Shown: one piece after another, positions 11,601 through 25,166 of the stretch
Numbering within the stretch: position 1 is the stretch's first letter
Layout of the letters: the number at the start of each line of letters is the position of its first letter
Source of the DNA: Balanoglossus misakiensis
Taxonomy: Eukaryota > Animalia > Hemichordata
Direction: 5' to 3'
DNA: 64,000 nucleotides
NCBI GenBank assembly: GCA_040954595.2
Contig: CM082589.2
Span: 11,668,894-11,732,893 of the forward strand
Program-made: the position numbers and the translations under genes
The notes under the pieces: generated by a model
The model's input: the letters and a program-made list of their open reading frames with translations, nothing else
What the model was told of the DNA's origin: nothing
The model's database searches: none

Positions 11601-14600
11601 GAATGCATGTCATTAGAAGACCGAAGGGCAAAGGCGATAAAGGATCGATCTGTCCGTCTACAAAATGGCCACTATCAGTTGAAGCTACCTTGGAAATTTG
11701 AAGAACCAGCCTTACCAAATAACAGGCATGTAGCTGAGAAACGACTCAACCTACTCAAAAGACGTCTACTTAAAGATCCAGATCTCCATGAAAAGTACAG
11801 TACAACTATACAAGACTATATTGTACAAGGTCATGCAAAAGAAGTATCTGATGAAAACAAAGAAGACGATAGATGGTTATGGTACCTACCTCATCATCCG
11901 GTGACGCATCCCATGAAACCAGAAAAGGTGAGAGTCGTCTTCGATTGTGCTGCCAAATGTGGAGGAACTTCACTGAACGATCAACTCCTGCAGGGTCCGG
12001 ATTTGACCAATTCCTTGGTTGGAGTCTTGCTACGGTTCCGTCAGTATCCTGTTGCAGTGGTTGCTGATATCAAGCAAATGTTTCACCAAGTTCATGTCGA
12101 CCCCGAAGATTGTGATGTCCTGCGATTCCTATGGTGGCCTAACGGTGACCTCACGAAGGAGCCCGTCGATCATCAAATGCTTGTTCATTTGTTTGGCGCG
12201 ACATCATCACCTAGTTGTTCAGCATACGCCCTCCGGAGAACAGCTGATGACAATAGAAGTAACTTCGACTCGGACATCATAGATGCTGTCTACAGAAATT
12301 TCTACGTGGATGATTTCTTAAAATCAGTACTTGCCGTGGACACAGCCAAGAGACTCATCACTGAAGTTTCAGCTCTTTTGTCTAATGGTGGATTTCATCT
12401 GACCAAATGGATTTCTAATTGCACAGAAGTATTGTCCTCCATCCCGTCAGAAGAAAGGGCGCCATCTGTGATGAATTTAGACCTGGAAGACTTACCAGTT
12501 GACAGAGCTCTTGGTGTACAATGGGACATTCAAGAAGATACTATGAGCTTCAGAGTTGGCAAGGAAAGTAAAAGTGAAACTCGAAGAGGGATTCTCTCAG
12601 TTGTAGCATCTGTGTACGACCCACTAGGATTTGTTGCACCATTTGTATTGCCGGCTAAGCGCATATTACAAGAATTATGCAAAGAAGGATGTGGATGGGA
12701 TGAAGCCATACCAGTGAAATATCTAGTTGTTTGGCGTGAATGGTTACAGAAGTTACCGATGTTAAAAGCCATGGTAATTCCACGGTGTTACACACCTCCA
12801 GGTTTTGGCCAGCCACAATCTATAGAAATTCATCATTTCTGCGATGCTTCAACGGAAGGATATGGGGTTGTTTCCTACCTACGGTTTATTGACAAAGGTG
12901 GTAACTTTCACTGCAGCCTCGTGACTGGTAAATCTAGAGTTGCTCCACTGAAGACCATTACAGTACCAAGATTGGAATTGACAGCAGCAACAGTGGCCGT
13001 TAAAGTCAGCAAACAGATAAAACAAGAACTTCAATTTCCTATCCATCGAGAGCGATTCTGGACAGACTCTACCATTGTTATACAATATATCTGCAGCTCA
13101 ACAAGACGCTTCAAGACCTTTGTAGCCAACCGCCTACAACTAATACACGATGCAACACTACCGTCACAATGGCATCATGTTCCTTCACAACTCAATCCAG
13201 CTGATTGTGCCTCCCGAGGTATTACCTTGAATGCCGCCAAAGCGAAGTCCAAACTGTGGTTCGAAGGTCCAGAATTTCTCTGAAAATCTGAAGGAAACTG
13301 GCCAACCCAACCTACCGACTTACCAAGAATATCGGATGAGGACAACGAATTGAAAATGGCAAAGGTATGCGCAGTGGTAAACAGCAACCAGACAGATGAC
13401 ACTGATATCATCCATTCGTTAATTCACAGATTTTCGTCATGGTACAAACTTTGCAAATCTGTCGCTTGGATTTTACGATACAAGAAGTATCTCCGAGCTC
13501 GCATTGAGAATGGCGGAAATGGTAAAGTTCCGGTTGGTGCTCTAACGGTGTCAGAAGTGTCCGATGCTACCTTAGAAGTCATTAGAGTCGTTCAACGGAA
13601 AGCGTTTCCTAAGGAAATATCAACACAGTTGAAGAATCCAAGCAGAAAACCAGATTCTGAAGGATATACCAGTCCACTTTGCAGACTCAGTCCAATCTAC
13701 AAAGATGGCATTATACACGTTGGTGGAATACTAAACAACTCCCTCATAGATGAAACCACAAAACATCCTATTATTCTACCCCATAATCATCAAGTGACCG
13801 AATTAATTGTTCAGTTTTTCCATGAGCAGGAAGGTCACGTAGGAACCACCCATGTGTTATCCAGAATCCGAAAAGAATATTGGATTTTGAGAGGCCAAGC
13901 TACTGTCAGAAGAATTCTGCGGAAATGTGTAGTGTGCAGGAGATGGAATGCAAGACCTGGAACGCAAATAATGGCGCCACTTCCAACCCCAAGAGTTACT
14001 CCAGGTGAGAGTGCATTTGCTGCAGTGGGAATCGACTTCTTTGGTCCTCTGAAAGTCAAGTGGAGAAGAGGAACGTCCAAACGATACGGATGTATATTCA
14101 CCTGTCTCGCCATACGAGCTGTGCATATTGAAGTCACCCACAGTTTATCCACAGATTCATTTATTCAGGCAGTATGGAGATTTGTCAGCAGACGTGGTCC
14201 ACCAAAAACGGTATACAGTGACAACGGAACAAATTTCCGGGGAGCGGAAACTGAAATCAAAGAAGCTCTAGCGAGTTGGAATCAAGAGAAGATAACTGAT
14301 AGTCTACGCAAGAGGGATATCCAATGGTATTTCAATGCACCCGCAGCCAGTCATACTGGAGGAGTTTGGGAAAGGATGATACTTTCAGTGCGGAAAATCC
14401 TACGAGCACTCGTTGGAAACCAACTAATTGACGACGAAACTTTACTTACTGTCTTGGCGGAGGTGGAGAAGATTATCAATGATCGACCTTTCACCCGTCA
14501 ATCAGATGACCCGAATGACCTTGAAGCACTGACGCCTAATAGCCTGTTACTACTGAGGCCGAATCCATGCACATATCCTGCAGACACTGTCACGACCAGT

Positions 14601-14921
14601 ACAGCTAATCACAGAAGGAACCAAGCTAATCTCATAGCGAACTCGTTTTGGAAACGATGGCTACACGAATACCTGCCTTCCCTTCAGCAGAGACAGAAGT
14701 GGTTGAAGCCCAAGAGAAATCTGACTGTTGGAGATTTGGTTATCGTGGTAGAGGAAAATATCCCAAGAGGACAGTGGTCAAAAGGACTAGTTCAACAAAC
14801 TTACCCAGATCAGTACGGCAATGTGCGCCAGGTCCTAGTGAAGACTGAAACAGGAAGATTGCGTAGAGATGTTCGCAAACTGTGCTTGCTTGAGGAAAGT
14901 AGTACACGTATTACACCATAA
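8649..14921 (+). pseudogene. BEL/Pao gag-pol polyprotein (~2090 codons), single frame broken by two in-frame stops
   Basis: ORFs 8649-9218, 9306-13283 and 13350-14921 share one frame, separated only by TAG (9216) and TGA (13281, in WFEGPEFL*K where W is typical). Motifs present: three Cys/His knuckles, protease FLDNGS, RT WYLPHHPV / RVVFD / YVDD, RNase H FCDAS / TVPRLEL / WTDS / NPAD, integrase HHCC and IDFFGP / SDNGTNF / GGVWE. Confidence 0.95.
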
Positions 14922-16481
14922 TTAATTAGTAATAGCATATCTGGAATTCGTAATTTAAATCACGCCGTAGGAAATCTGACTTGATCAACGTGGTCAATGT
15001 ACGCCTGTTTCTGCTCTAGAGTGCCGGGGCTTCAGCTGAGCCAGGCCGTAGGAAACCCGACGTGATTACCGTTGTTAACTTACGCCAGTCTGTGTCCTAT
15101 ATATAGTGCCGGGGCATCAGCCGTGCCAGGCCGAAGGAAATGTGAATAGATCAACGTGGTCTCTGTACGCGTGTTTCTGCTCTAGAGTGCCAGGGCTTTA
15201 GCCAAGCCATGCCGTAGGAAATCTGACTTGATCAACGTTGCTAACGAACGCTAGTGTCTGTCATGGTGACTTGATCACCGTTGCTAACGTACGCTAGTGT
15301 CTGTCATATTGTGACGGAGATTTAGCCGAGCCAGGCCGTAGAAAAATCGACTTGTTCAACGTTACCAGTGTGCAACTGTTTCTGCTCTAGAGTAACTGGG
15401 TTTTAGCCGACTTATGCTGTAGGAAATGTGAGTTGATGAACGGGAATTCAATGTTAGAAAACCCGTGTGGAAAGTATCTCTACCCGTTTGAAACTAAGAA
15501 AAGAATTTATTCTTATTTATTTTGTAAAAAAGACAATTTTTCGAAAAAAAGTCGAAAATGGTAATTTTGTCTTGGGTGATTCAAATTATACCGCCTTTTC
15601 TGGAATTTGCAGCACTTTTTACAAGAGAACGACACTTCATGCTCCATAATATTTCCGAAAATGAAGAAAAGAGTTAATTTTTTATTTTTTTAAAAATTTA
15701 CCATTTTTTCAAAATATGGCCAAAATGGCTATTTTTTCTTGAATTCCGTCAATATCTCTGCATTTTTGGAGAGGTCGAAAGTTTTAACATACAATCAACA
15801 TGTCATATATGATCAGGGCACCAAATTCGAAGAACAAAGGTTTTTTATTTTTTTCTAAAAATGACATTTTCAAGAAAAATTTGGTAAAACGCAATTTTGT
15901 CTGCAGTGAGCCAAATTGGCCGTTTTTTTTGTGGAATTTGTATCGATATATATATATACGAAGAGCATTCTATACTCCATCAGATTTCCGAAAATGTAGA
16001 AAACAGGTATTTTTTGTAATTTTCAAAAATTTACCATTTTGACCAAATTGTGGCTAAAATTGTTATTTTCGTGTTGAATGCCGCCAGTGTCACTGCTTTT
16101 AAAAGTCATAAAAACTTTTAACATACAAGCAATTGTTTATATATGATCAGGTCACCGAATTAAAAAAATAAAGAATGTTTTCCCTAAAAATGACCTTTTT
16201 GGTGCAAAAACGAATAAAACGCAATTTTGTATTAAATCAGCTCATTCAGAGTGCATTTTTTATAATCAGCACAATTTTTACATATAAGGCCAAAGTAAGT
16301 AAATTCTTTGTTTTGCGTCCACTCAAAATTCTAAAAGGTACGAGGGTAAGCGGTCAAAAAACACACACACAAAAATAACACAAAATTAGTTTGCCTTTAT
16401 TTCTCGTGCAATATGCACATTTATGTAGTAGTGTGACACACTACTACAATATGATCAAAATACAATGTCATTTGTAGCCTT

Positions 16482-17906
16482 TTATCTGTCATTTGCTTTT
16501 CTTTTACGAGTTTTAGATTTCTTATTTGTGTGCTGAATGTGGCCACTGTCTCTAAAAGTTCTGCAGACTGGCTGGATAGACTGGTACTGTTCCCTCATAT
16601 CCGGTGTAATAGGGATGAGATGATTCCTGACCCACAAACATATCAAACATCAGGACTATTCAATCTGGCACTGTAGTAATGTGGAGAAACTTCCATCTGC
16701 CAAGTTTGGTTGATCACGATGAAACATTTCTGAAAATTCTGTAAACAAAATACGAAAACATGCTTGAGTATAGTGATAACATCTCACTACGAAGTATGAT
16801 GCATATGCCAACCCATGAGATGATAATTTTCAATCTTAAAATATGACTTTATTGCAATAAACACAAATGTTCTACATTCACTGAACTTCACAGTCCCACC
16901 ACCTATTTTTACTGATCTACCACCATAGAATTTTCTTTTGCTTTAAATGCTCCCTTTCTCTAGTACCATTTCACTGACAGAACGATTTGTAATGCTCACC
17001 ATCATCTGTTGGACCTAGATCTAAAAATCACAAATGAAATGAATTTTAAATATCAAATATTTGAAAATAAAATGTGAAAAATATAACTGTTTCACACTTT
17101 ATGAATATATTTAAAAACTGTCCAGGAAAACATCTAACAAAATCAAAAAAACATGTGACTGGATTTAAAAGACAGAAATCAAACCACAGGGGGCTCTCCC
17201 TCCGCGATTTTGTTTGTTTGTTTGTTTGTTGTTGTTATTGATTGGCGTAATAAATAAATATGGTCACGTTTGTCTGTTGAAATGTTAGGTATAATATTCA
17301 ACGGTCAGGGTTAGGGTCACGGTGTATTCAACGGTCAGGTGGGAGTGCCATGGATCGAAAAAATGCCAACACTTACTCTAACCGTTGAATACATGTACAC
17401 CCTAACCTAGCTCTGGACTTATGCGCTGTGTGGGGGACGGAGAGCAGCGTAGACCCAAACAGCGCATAAGTCCAGAGCTAACCCTAACCCTGACCGTTGA
17501 ATACTAGTATACCTTACATGTCAACAAACAAACGTGACCATATTTAGTTATTATGCCAATCAATAACAACAAACAAAATCGCGGAGGGAGAGCCCCCTGT
17601 GATCAAACAGCAACAAAGATTATTGTGTTCTGGCTTGACTATAAAAGTTTTCTCTACTAAGATAAATTAGTTACCTGGGTATGGGGCCGCACAAAAGGTG
17701 AAAAACATCCTTTGGTAGACGAGGTGGTGACGATCAGCGACTGAAACACTGTCTGGCCGGCTTTATCATGTTTATGGTACATTCACCATGGCTTCCAGTA
17801 GCCGTGCAAAGTTTTGCGCGTCGGTCACTTCCATCCTGAACTAGTCAAGGATAGTTTTATCTTTTTCCGTAACCTTTAGGACGACTTATTCGTTGGCTTC
17901 ATTCAT
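16482..17906 (-). pseudogene. Degenerate spliced coding remnants inside the Zator-like element
   Basis: The minus strand gives MNEANE*VVLKVTEKDK... ending at a CAG|GTAAC donor. A terminal exon reads HYYSARLNSPDV*YVCG...LIPITPDMREQYQSIQPVCR...KRKANDR*, with stops and a frameshift. This resembles a Cys-rich transposase C-terminus; no catalytic core is seen. Confidence 0.5.
17185..17601. mobile_element. Foldback MITE (417 bp), P-element/Galileo-like termini, nested in the Zator-like element
   Basis: Begins CACAGGGGGCTCTCCCTCCGCGATTTTGTTTG and ends with its reverse complement; imperfect arms extend ~150 bp. A 7-bp TSD ATCAAAC lies at 17178-17184 and 17602-17608. Confidence 0.88.
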
Positions 17907-20900
17907 GTTAAATCACGGGGATCCCTGGCTTTCCCAGCAGACAGAGGAGATGCGCGGCGACAGGACGCGTGCAGCCAGCAGCGTGTGTTGACAGACTTCA
18001 ACTACGAGCATGCGCAGTTGCTGTAGGGCGTACCGTTTTACGTCACACCATGATTAGAATAGGACTGCCGTAAAGTGGCATTTGTCGAAATGTCATTTTT
18101 TTCGACAAAATACCGCCGTGGATTGGAAATTTATGCAAATGAGTTTTGTGTTATTTTTCTCAAAAAAGCCCGAAAACCTACGCGCGCGCGGACGCAAAAC
18201 AAAGAATTTACTTACTTTGGCCTAATGGAAATTTCATACATCATCAGATATCCAAATATGAAAAAAATATTTAGATTTTAGATGATTGTCCAAAATTAGC
18301 TGATATCTAATAAATGAATAAATGTAGTATTGAACCGTTCTGTCCCCCCCCCCCCCCCTACATTATATGCGGTACGCCGATGTCAGCTTACCCGGCAGTA
18401 CTGAAGGCCGTGCCCCCAACTAACGTCGGTGTTTGAAACGCCCTGGTTAAATTCGGGCTCTCTCTATAAATTGACAGGCAATAATGCAGTCCTACCCGAA
18501 CAAATGTCGAGTGTTGACCCGCTGTGACTTTCCCTCTTCGGTTTGCCCGACTTAGCCATCGTCTTTGTACTAGAGTGTCGGGTCTTTTGCAGAGCCAGGC
18601 CGAAAGAAATCCGACTTGATCACCGTTGCTAACGAACGCTAGTGTCTGTCATGGTGTGCCGGGGTTTTAGTCGAGCCAGGCCGTAGGAGATCTGACTTGA
18701 TCATCGTGGTCAATGTACGCGTGTTTCCGCTCTAAAGTGCCGGGGCTTCAGCTAAACTAGGCCGTAGGAAATCCGACGTAATCACCGTTGATAACTTACG
18801 CCAGTCTGTGTCATATAGAGCCGGTGCACCAGCCGAGTCACGCCGTAGGAAATCTTACTTGATCAACGTGGTCAATGTACGCATGTTTCTGCTCTAGAGT
18901 GCCGGGGCTTCAGCTGAGCCAGGCCGTAGGAAACCCGACGTGATTACCGTTGTTAACGTACGCCAGTCTGTGTCCTATATATAGTGCCGGGGCATCAGCC
19001 GTGCCAGGCCGAAGGAAATGTGAGTAGATCAACGTGGTCTCTGTACGCGTGTTTCTGCTCTAGAGTGCCGGGGCTTTATCCAAGCCATGCCGTAGAAAAT
19101 CTGACTTGATCACCGTTGCTAACGCACGCTAGTGTCTGTCATAGTGTGCCGGGGTTTTAGTCGAGCCAAGCCGTAGGAGATCGGACTTGATCAACGTGGT
19201 CTCTGTACGCGTGTTTCTGCTCTAGAGTGCCGGGGCTTTATCCAAGCCATGCCGTAGAAAATCTGACTTGATCACCGTTGCTAACGTACGCTAGTGTCTG
19301 TCATATTGTGACGGAGATTTAGCCGAGCCAGGCCGTAGAAAAATCGACTTATTCAACGTTACCAGTGTGCAACTGTTTCTGCTATAGTGTCAGGGTTTTA
19401 GCCGACTTATGCTGTAGGAAATCTGAGTTGATGAACAGGAATTCAATGTTAGAAAACCCGTGTGGAAAGTATCTCTACCCGTTTGAAACTAAGAAAAGAA
19501 TTTATTCTTATTTATTATGTAAAAAAGACAATTTTTCGAAAAAAGTCGAAAATGGTAATTTTGTCTTGGGTGATTCAAATTATACCGCCTTTTCTGGAAT
19601 TTGCAGCACTTTTTACAAGAGAACGACACTTCGTGCTCCAAAATATTTCCGAAAATGAAGAAAAGAGTTAATTTTTTATGATTTTTTAAAAATTTACCAT
19701 TTTTGTCAAAATATGGCCAAAATGACTATTTTTTCTTGAATTCTTCCGTCAATATCTCTGCATTTTTGGAGTGGTCGAAAGTTTTAACATACAATCAATA
19801 TGTCATATATGATCAGGGCACCAAATTCGAAGAACAAAGGTTTTTTTTATTTTTTTTTCTAAAAATGACATTTTCAAGGAAAATTTGGTAAAACGCAATT
19901 TTGTCTGCAGTGAGCCAAATTAGACGGTCTTTTGTGGAATTTGTATCGATATATACATACATACGAAGAGCATTCTATACTCCATCAGATTTCCGAAAAT
20001 GTAGAAAACAGGTATTTTTTGTAATTTTGAAAATTTTTCCATTTTGACCAAATTGTGGCTAAAATTGTTATTTAGGTGTTGAATGCCGCCAGTGTCACTG
20101 CTTTTAAAAGTCATAAAAACTTTTAACATACAAGCAATTGTTTATATATGATCAGGTCACCGAATTAAAAAAATAGAGAATGTTTTGCCTAAAAATGACC
20201 TTTTTGTTGCAAAAACGAATAAAACGCAATTTTGTATTAAATCAGAGTGCATTTTTTATAATCAGCACCATTTTCACATATATAATGGAAATTTCATACA
20301 TCATCAGATATCCAAATATGAAAAAAATGATTTAGATGATTGTCCAAAATTAGCTGATATCTAATAAATGTAGTATTGAACCGTTCTGTTTCCCCCCCCC
20401 CCCCTACATTATATGCGGTACGCCGATGTCAGCTTACCCGGCAGTACTGCAGGCCGTGCCCCCAACTAACGTCGGTGTTTGAAACGCCCTGGTTAACTTC
20501 GGGCTTTCTCTATAAATTGACAGGCAATAATGCAGTCCTACCCGAACAAATGTCGAGTGTTGACCCGCTGTGACTTTCCCTCTTCGGTTTGCCCGACGTA
20601 GATAACGTCTTTGTACTAGAGTGTCGGGTCTTTTGCAGAGCCAGGCCGAAGGAAATCCGACTTGATCACCGTTGCTAACGAACGCTAGTGTCTGTCATGG
20701 TGTGTTGGGGTTTTAGTCGAGCCAGGCCGTAGGAGATCTGACTTGATCATCGTGGTCAATGTACGCGTGTTTCCGCTCTAAAGTGCCGGGGCTTCAGCTA
20801 AACCAGGCCGTAGGAAATCCGACGTAATCACCGTTGATAACTTACGCCAGTCTGTGTCATATAGAGCCGGTGCACCAGCCGAGTCACGCCGTAGGAAATC

Positions 20901-23900
20901 TGACTTGATCAACGTGGTCAATGTACGCCTGTTTCTGCTCTAGAGTGCCAGGGCTTCAGCTGAGCCAGGCCGTAGGAAACCCGACGTGATTACCGTTGTT
21001 AACTTACGCCAGTCTGTGTCCTATATATAGTGCCGGGGCATCAACCGTGCCAGGCCGAAGGAAATGTGAGTAGATCAACGTGGTCTCTGTACGCGTGTTT
21101 CTGCTCTAGAGTGCCAGGGCTTTAGCCAAGCCATGCCGTAGGAAATTTGACTTGATCAACGTTGCTAACGAACGCTAGTGTTTGCCATAGTGTGCCGGGG
21201 TTTTAGTCGAGCCAAGCCGTAGGAGATCAGACTTGATCAACGTGGTCTCTGTACGCGTGTTTCTGCTCTAGAGTGCCGGGGCTTTATCCAAGCCATGCCG
21301 TAGAAAATCTGACTTGATCACCAATGCTAACGTACGCTAGTGTCTGTCATATTGTGACGGAGATTTAGCCGAGCCAGGCCGTAGAAAAATCGACTTGTTC
21401 AACGTTACCAGTGTGCAACTGTTTCTGCTCTAGAGTGCCAGGGTTTTAGCCAACTTATGCTGTAGGAAATCTGAGTTGATGAACGGGAATTCAATGTTAG
21501 AAAACCCGTGTGGAAAGTATCTCTACCCGTTTGAAACTAAGAAAAGAATGTATTCTTATTTATTTTGTAAAAAAGACAATTTTTCGAAAAAAAGTCGAAA
21601 ATGGTAATTTTGTCTTGGGTGATTCAAATTATACCGCCTTTTCTGGAATTTTCAGCACTTTTTACAAGAGAACGACACTTCATGCTCCATAATATTTCCG
21701 AAAATGAAGAAAAGAGTTAATTTTTTATGATTTTTTAAAAATTTACCATTTTTGACAAAATATGGCCAAAATGGCTATTTTTTCTTGAATTCCGTCAATA
21801 TCTCTGCATTTTTGGAGTGGTCGAAAGTTTTAACATACAATTAACATATCATATATGATCAGGGCACCAAATTCGAAGAACAAAGGTTTTTTTATTATTT
21901 TTTCTAAAAATCACATTTTCAAGCAAAATTTGATGACATGCAATTTTGTCTGCAGTGAGCCAAATTAGACTGTCTTTTGTGGAATTTGTATCGATATATT
22001 CATACGAAGAGCATTCTATACTCCATCAGATTTCCGAAAATGTAGAAAACAGGTATTTTTTGTAATTTTCAAAAATTTACCATTTTGACCAAATTGTGGC
22101 TAAAGTTGTTATTTTCGTGTTGAATGCCGCCAGTGTCACTGCTTTTAAAAGTCATAAAAACTTTTAACATACAAGCAATTGTTTATATATGATCAGGTCA
22201 CCGAATTAAAAAAATAAAGAATGTTTTGCCTAAAAATGACCTTTTTGGTGCAAAAACGAATAAAACGCAATTTTGTATTAAATCAGCTCATTCAGAGTGC
22301 ATTTTTTATAATCAGCACCATTTTTACATATAATGGAAATTTCATACATCATCAGATATCCAAATATGAAAAAATGATTTAGATTTTAGATGATTGTCCA
22401 AAATTAGCTGATATCTAATAAATGTAGTATTGAACCGTTCTGTTTTCCCCCCCCCCTACATTATATGCGGTACGCCGATGTCAGCTTACCCGGCAGTACT
22501 GCAGGCCGTGCCCCCAACTAACGTCGGTGATTGAAACGCCCTGGTTAAATTCGGGCTTTCTCTATAAATTGACAGGCAATAATGCAGTCCTACCCGAACA
22601 AATGTCGAGTGTTGACCCGCTGTGACTTTCCCTCTTCGGTTTGCCAGACTTAGCCAACGTCTTTGTACTAGAGTGTCGGGTCTTTTGCAGAGCCAGGCCG
22701 AAGGAAATCCGACTTGATCACCGTTGCTAACGAACGCTAGTGTCTGTCATAGTGTGCCGGGGTTTTAGTCGAGCCAGGCCGTAGGAGATCTGACTTGATC
22801 ATCGTGGGCAATGTACGCGTGTTTCCGCTCTAAAGTGCCGGGGCTTCAGCTAAACCAGGCCGTAGGAAATCCGACGTAATCACCGTTGATAACTTACGCC
22901 AGTCTGTGTCATATAGAGCCGGTGCACCAGCCGAGTCACGCCGTAGGAAATCTGACTTGATCAACGTGGTCAATGTACGCCTGTTTCTGCTCTAGAGTGC
23001 CGGGGCTTCAGCTGAGCCAGGCCGTAGGAAACCCGACGTGATTACCGTTGTTAACTTACGCCAATCTGTGTCCTATATATAGTGCCGGGGCATCAGCCGT
23101 GCCAGGCCGAAGGAAATGTGAGTAGATCAACGTGGTCTCTGTACGCGTGTTTCTGCTCTAGAGTGCCAGGGCTTTAGCCAAGCCATGCCGTAGGAAATCT
23201 GACTTGATCAACGTTGCTAACGAACGCTAGTGTCTGTCATAGTGTGCCTGGGTTTTAGTCGAGCCAAGCCGTAGGAAATCAGACTTGATCAACGTGGTCT
23301 CTGTACGCGTGTTTCTGCTCTAGAGTGCCGGGGCTTTAGCCAAGCCATGCCGTAGGAAATCTGACTTGATCAACGTTGCTAACGAACGCTAGTGTCTGTC
23401 ATAGTGTGCCTGGGTTTTAGTCGAGCCAAGCCGTAGGAAATCAGACTTGATCAACGTGGTCTCTGTACGCGTGTTTCTGCTCTAGAGTGCCGGGGCTTTA
23501 TCTAAGCCATGCCGTAGAAAATCTGACTTGATCACCGTTGCTAACGTACGCTAGTGTCTGTCATATTGTGACGGAGATTTAGCTGATCCAGGCCGTAGGA
23601 AACCCGACGTGATTACCGTTGTTAACTTACGCCAGTCTGTGTCCTATATATAGTGCCGGGGCATCAGCCGTGCCAGGCCGAAGGAAATGTGAGTAGATCA
23701 ATGTGGTCTCTGTACGCGTGTTTGTGCTCTAGAGTGCCAGGGCTTTAGCCAAGCCATGCCGCGGGAAATCTGACTTGATCAACGTTGCTAACGTACGCTA
23801 GTGTCTGTCATATTGTGACGGAGATTTAGCCGAGCCAGGCCGCAGGAAAATCGACTTGTTCAACGTTACCAGTGTGCAACTGTTTCTGCTCTAGAGTGTC

Positions 23901-24859
23901 AGGGTTTTAGCCGACTTATGCTGTAGGAAATCTGAGTTGATTAACGAGAATTCATTGCTAGAAAACCCGTGTGGAAAGTATCTCTACCCGTTTGAAACTA
24001 AGAAAAGCATTTATTCTTATTTATTTTGTAAAAAAGACAATATTTCGAAAAAAAGTCGAAAATGGTAATTTTGTTTTGGGTGATTCAAATTATACCGCCT
24101 TTTCTGGAATTTGCAGCACTTTTTACAAGAGAACGACACTTCATGCTCCATAATATTTCTGAAAATGAAGAAAAGAGTTATTTTTTTATGATTTTTTAAA
24201 AATTTACCATTTTTCTCAAAATATGGCCAAAATGGCTATTTTTTCTTGAATTCCGTCAATATCTCTGCATTTTTGGAGTGGTCGAAAGTTTTAACATACA
24301 ATCAACATGTCATATATGATCAGGGCACCAAATTCGAAGAACAAAGGTTTTTTTATTTTTTTTCTAAAAATGACATTTTCAAGGAAAATTTGGTAAAACG
24401 CAATTTTGTCTGCAGTGAGCCAAATTAGACGGTCTTTTGTGGAATTTGTATCGATATATACATACGACGAGCATTCTATACTCCATCAGATTTCCGAAAA
24501 TGTAGAAAACAGGTATTTTTTGTAATTTTCAAAAATTTACCATTTTGACCAATTTGTGGCTAAAATTTTTATTTTCGTGTTGAATGCCGCTAGTGTCACT
24601 GCATTTAAAAGTCATAAAAACTTTTAAAATACAAGCAATTCTTTATATATGATCAGGTCACCGAATTACAAAAATAAAGAATGTTTTGCCTAAAAATGAC
24701 CTTTTAGGTGCAAAAACGAATAAAACGTAATTTTGTATTAAATCAGCTCATTCAGAGTGCATTTTTTATAATCAGCACCATTTTTATATATAATGGAAAT
24801 TTCATACATCATCAGATATCCAAATATGAAAAAATGAATAAGATATATTTAAGATGATT

Positions 24860-25166
24860 TATCGGAGATGCTAAAAGCTCTGACCATGAGTCATTTTGAG
24901 GATCACAGCTCGGATACTTTGAGCCAATCAGAGCTGAGTATTTTAGCCCAATCAGAGGCCTAGTTAATCACCCAATGACATATCTTTCCCACCAAAACAA
25001 AATTTGCTACTTTTTGGCTGGCGTTTTGTGCTTGTGTAATCACTTCTTGAGTGACCTTCAATAAAGCTGTTTAAAGGTTGTACAGCTGCGTCCCGTTCCT
25101 GTAATTTCCCCTGCCATCCCCCAGAACCTTGTTCATAAATCCACCCCAGACGTAAAGTACGTCACA
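24860..25166 (+). mobile_element. Probable solo LTR (307 bp)
   Basis: TGATT is duplicated on both sides (empty site GATGATTGTCC in other units). The insert ends in GTCACA and contains two CCAATCAG boxes and AATAAA. It starts TA rather than the canonical TG. Confidence 0.7.

Larger units (their letters stand above)
7925..14959 (+). mobile_element. BEL/Pao LTR retrotransposon, 3' LTR missing
   Basis: The satellite breaks at AGAGCCGG|TGTAAG and resumes at TCACGCCGTAGG (14960). The internal gag-PR-RT-RH-IN polyprotein is of BEL type. Confidence 0.95.
16288..18222 (-). mobile_element. Non-autonomous TIR DNA transposon, probably Zator (alternative PIF/Harbinger), 1935 bp
   Basis: Perfect 33-bp TIR GGCCAAAGTAAGTAAATTCTTTGTTTTGCGTCC. 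TAA is duplicated at 16285-16287 and 18223-18225; the empty site CATATAATGG is seen in other satellite units. Confidence 0.88.

Noticed and set aside
9163-14848. Short antisense and alternative-frame ORFs within the BEL polyprotein
   Set aside because: Shadow ORFs of a long coding region, with no motifs.
17325-17495. Interstitial telomere
   Set aside because: Only one or two TTAGGG-like units, lying within the MITE arms.
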